Below are positions 63,002 through 64,000 of a stretch of 64,000 bases of DNA, one piece after another. Origin of the DNA: Octopus vulgaris (Eukaryota); assembly GCA_951406725.2 (NCBI GenBank), contig OX597818.1:434001-498000 (forward strand), read 5' to 3'. The notes under the pieces were generated by a model, which saw only the letters and a program-made list of their open reading frames with translations, ran no database searches and had not been told where the DNA came from. The number at the start of each line of letters is the position of its first letter. Position 1 is the first letter of the stretch. Position numbers and translations under genes: made by a program.

Positions 63002-64000
63002 GGTTCTAGGTAAATTCCACCGCGGTAATTCCAACCACGGAAAATTCCACCAGGTAAATTTCACCATAGGTAAATTCCACCGCGGTATATTCCACTCATG
63101 GACAGACTTCCAGTATAAGCTGCTCGCGCTAATAATCACCGTGGTCAGTTTCTCTAGACCGGGAGTCAATACCTATGTTATTTAATCTGTCTTTCAAGTC
63201 TTAAGGAGAGAGAGACAGAGAGAGTGAGAGACAAACCGAAAGAGAGAGAGAGAGAGAGACAGAGAGAGTGAGAGACAAACCGAAAGAGAGAGAGAGAGAG
63301 AGAGTGTGTCTGAAGGTGAGATAGAAAATAACCTTTATAATCCACTTGAATTGAGATGGGATCATTTTAATGTATTCCCATCAAGCAAGAATCTATGAAA
63401 AAGACTCATCACACAATTTCAAAAATAATATAATTTGGGATAAAGAAAGAAAAGATTAAATTTTAGTACACATTTTATTATAACAATAGGATAAAAAATA
63501 ACAGCGAGTACATTGTGAAGCAGAGTTAGGATAGGAAAGTTTAATTTATTAAAAGAAAATTTCTTAGGACAAATTGTGTGCAATACAAATAGGAGAGAGT
63601 TTACATTTTGATATTCCTGAATTAGCTTCTTTAGTCGTACATCAATAATTTGATAGGTCTTCTGTCGAATGTGTGCAATTTTTGTCTGGCTTAATCCTTC
63701 CTCAGCTTTAAGGGAAGTACATAGTTTCCACAAATTTGGATGTGTGGATGTTAGTGATGAGCACAAGGCATTGTTGAACCCTTCTAAAGAATTATTTGAT
63801 CTTGGTAAGTCCTTTAGGATGCGATCACTTACATTCCAGAGTTGTATAGGAAAATGTGGGATTTCTCTTTGCTGACGAGAATCGCAACCCCTTACAATCC
63901 CAATCTCAAAATAGCTGAAAAACTCAGAATGGATGTCTTCATCATCAGACAAATCTTCAAATACATTGACAACGTCTTCAAATGGTAAAAATGCTAAAGC
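63002..64000 (-). mobile_element. MULE/MuDR DNA transposon 3' end (transposase C-terminus and terminal repeat array); continues beyond the window
   Basis: ORF 63419-63952 with FPIQLWNV...LPRSNNSLEGFNN...HPNLWKL...LKAEE; end GGTTCTAGGTAAATTCCACC with ~15 bp GGTAAATTCCACC repeats at 63008-63095. Confidence 0.85.

Noticed and set aside
4132-64000. Most transposase ORFs are oriented like the host gene
   Set aside because: Too few elements to distinguish from chance, and several LINEs are antisense

Overview
Eukaryotic, AT-rich, repeat-dense DNA whose SINE/RTE/microsatellite repertoire resembles an Octopus (coleoid cephalopod) genome; this assignment is an inference. The only host coding sequence I can support is two minus-strand exons (61419-61601 and 19576-19698). 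They splice in frame across a ~41.7 kb GT-AG intron into the N-terminal FHA domain of a PHLDB/LL5-like gene. The rest is intronic and full of decayed mobile elements: three Tc1/mariner lineages (DD36E, DD37D, DD37E), a piggyBac deletion derivative plus TTAA MITEs, a MULE end, a full-length Mag-like Gypsy element (both LTRs, GTTAT TSD) with nested RTE and Penelope-like inserts, several RTE, CR1 and R4/Dong LINE pieces, and many tRNA-SINEs. The most unusual signals are: (1) A-depleted, G-rich patches inside a hammerhead-bearing CA-rich insert, which look like ADAR A-to-I hyper-editing fixed in DNA by retrotransposition; (2) minimal hammerhead ribozyme motifs, one with the U3-A8 covariant core; (3) a candidate alternative start exon (MGADV) and a candidate recursive splice site in the long intron; (4) a 433 bp micro-inversion bounded by 28 bp inverted duplicates. 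Nothing here indicates a prokaryotic system, CRISPR array, rRNA or true tRNA gene. All calls were made by eye; no searches were run.
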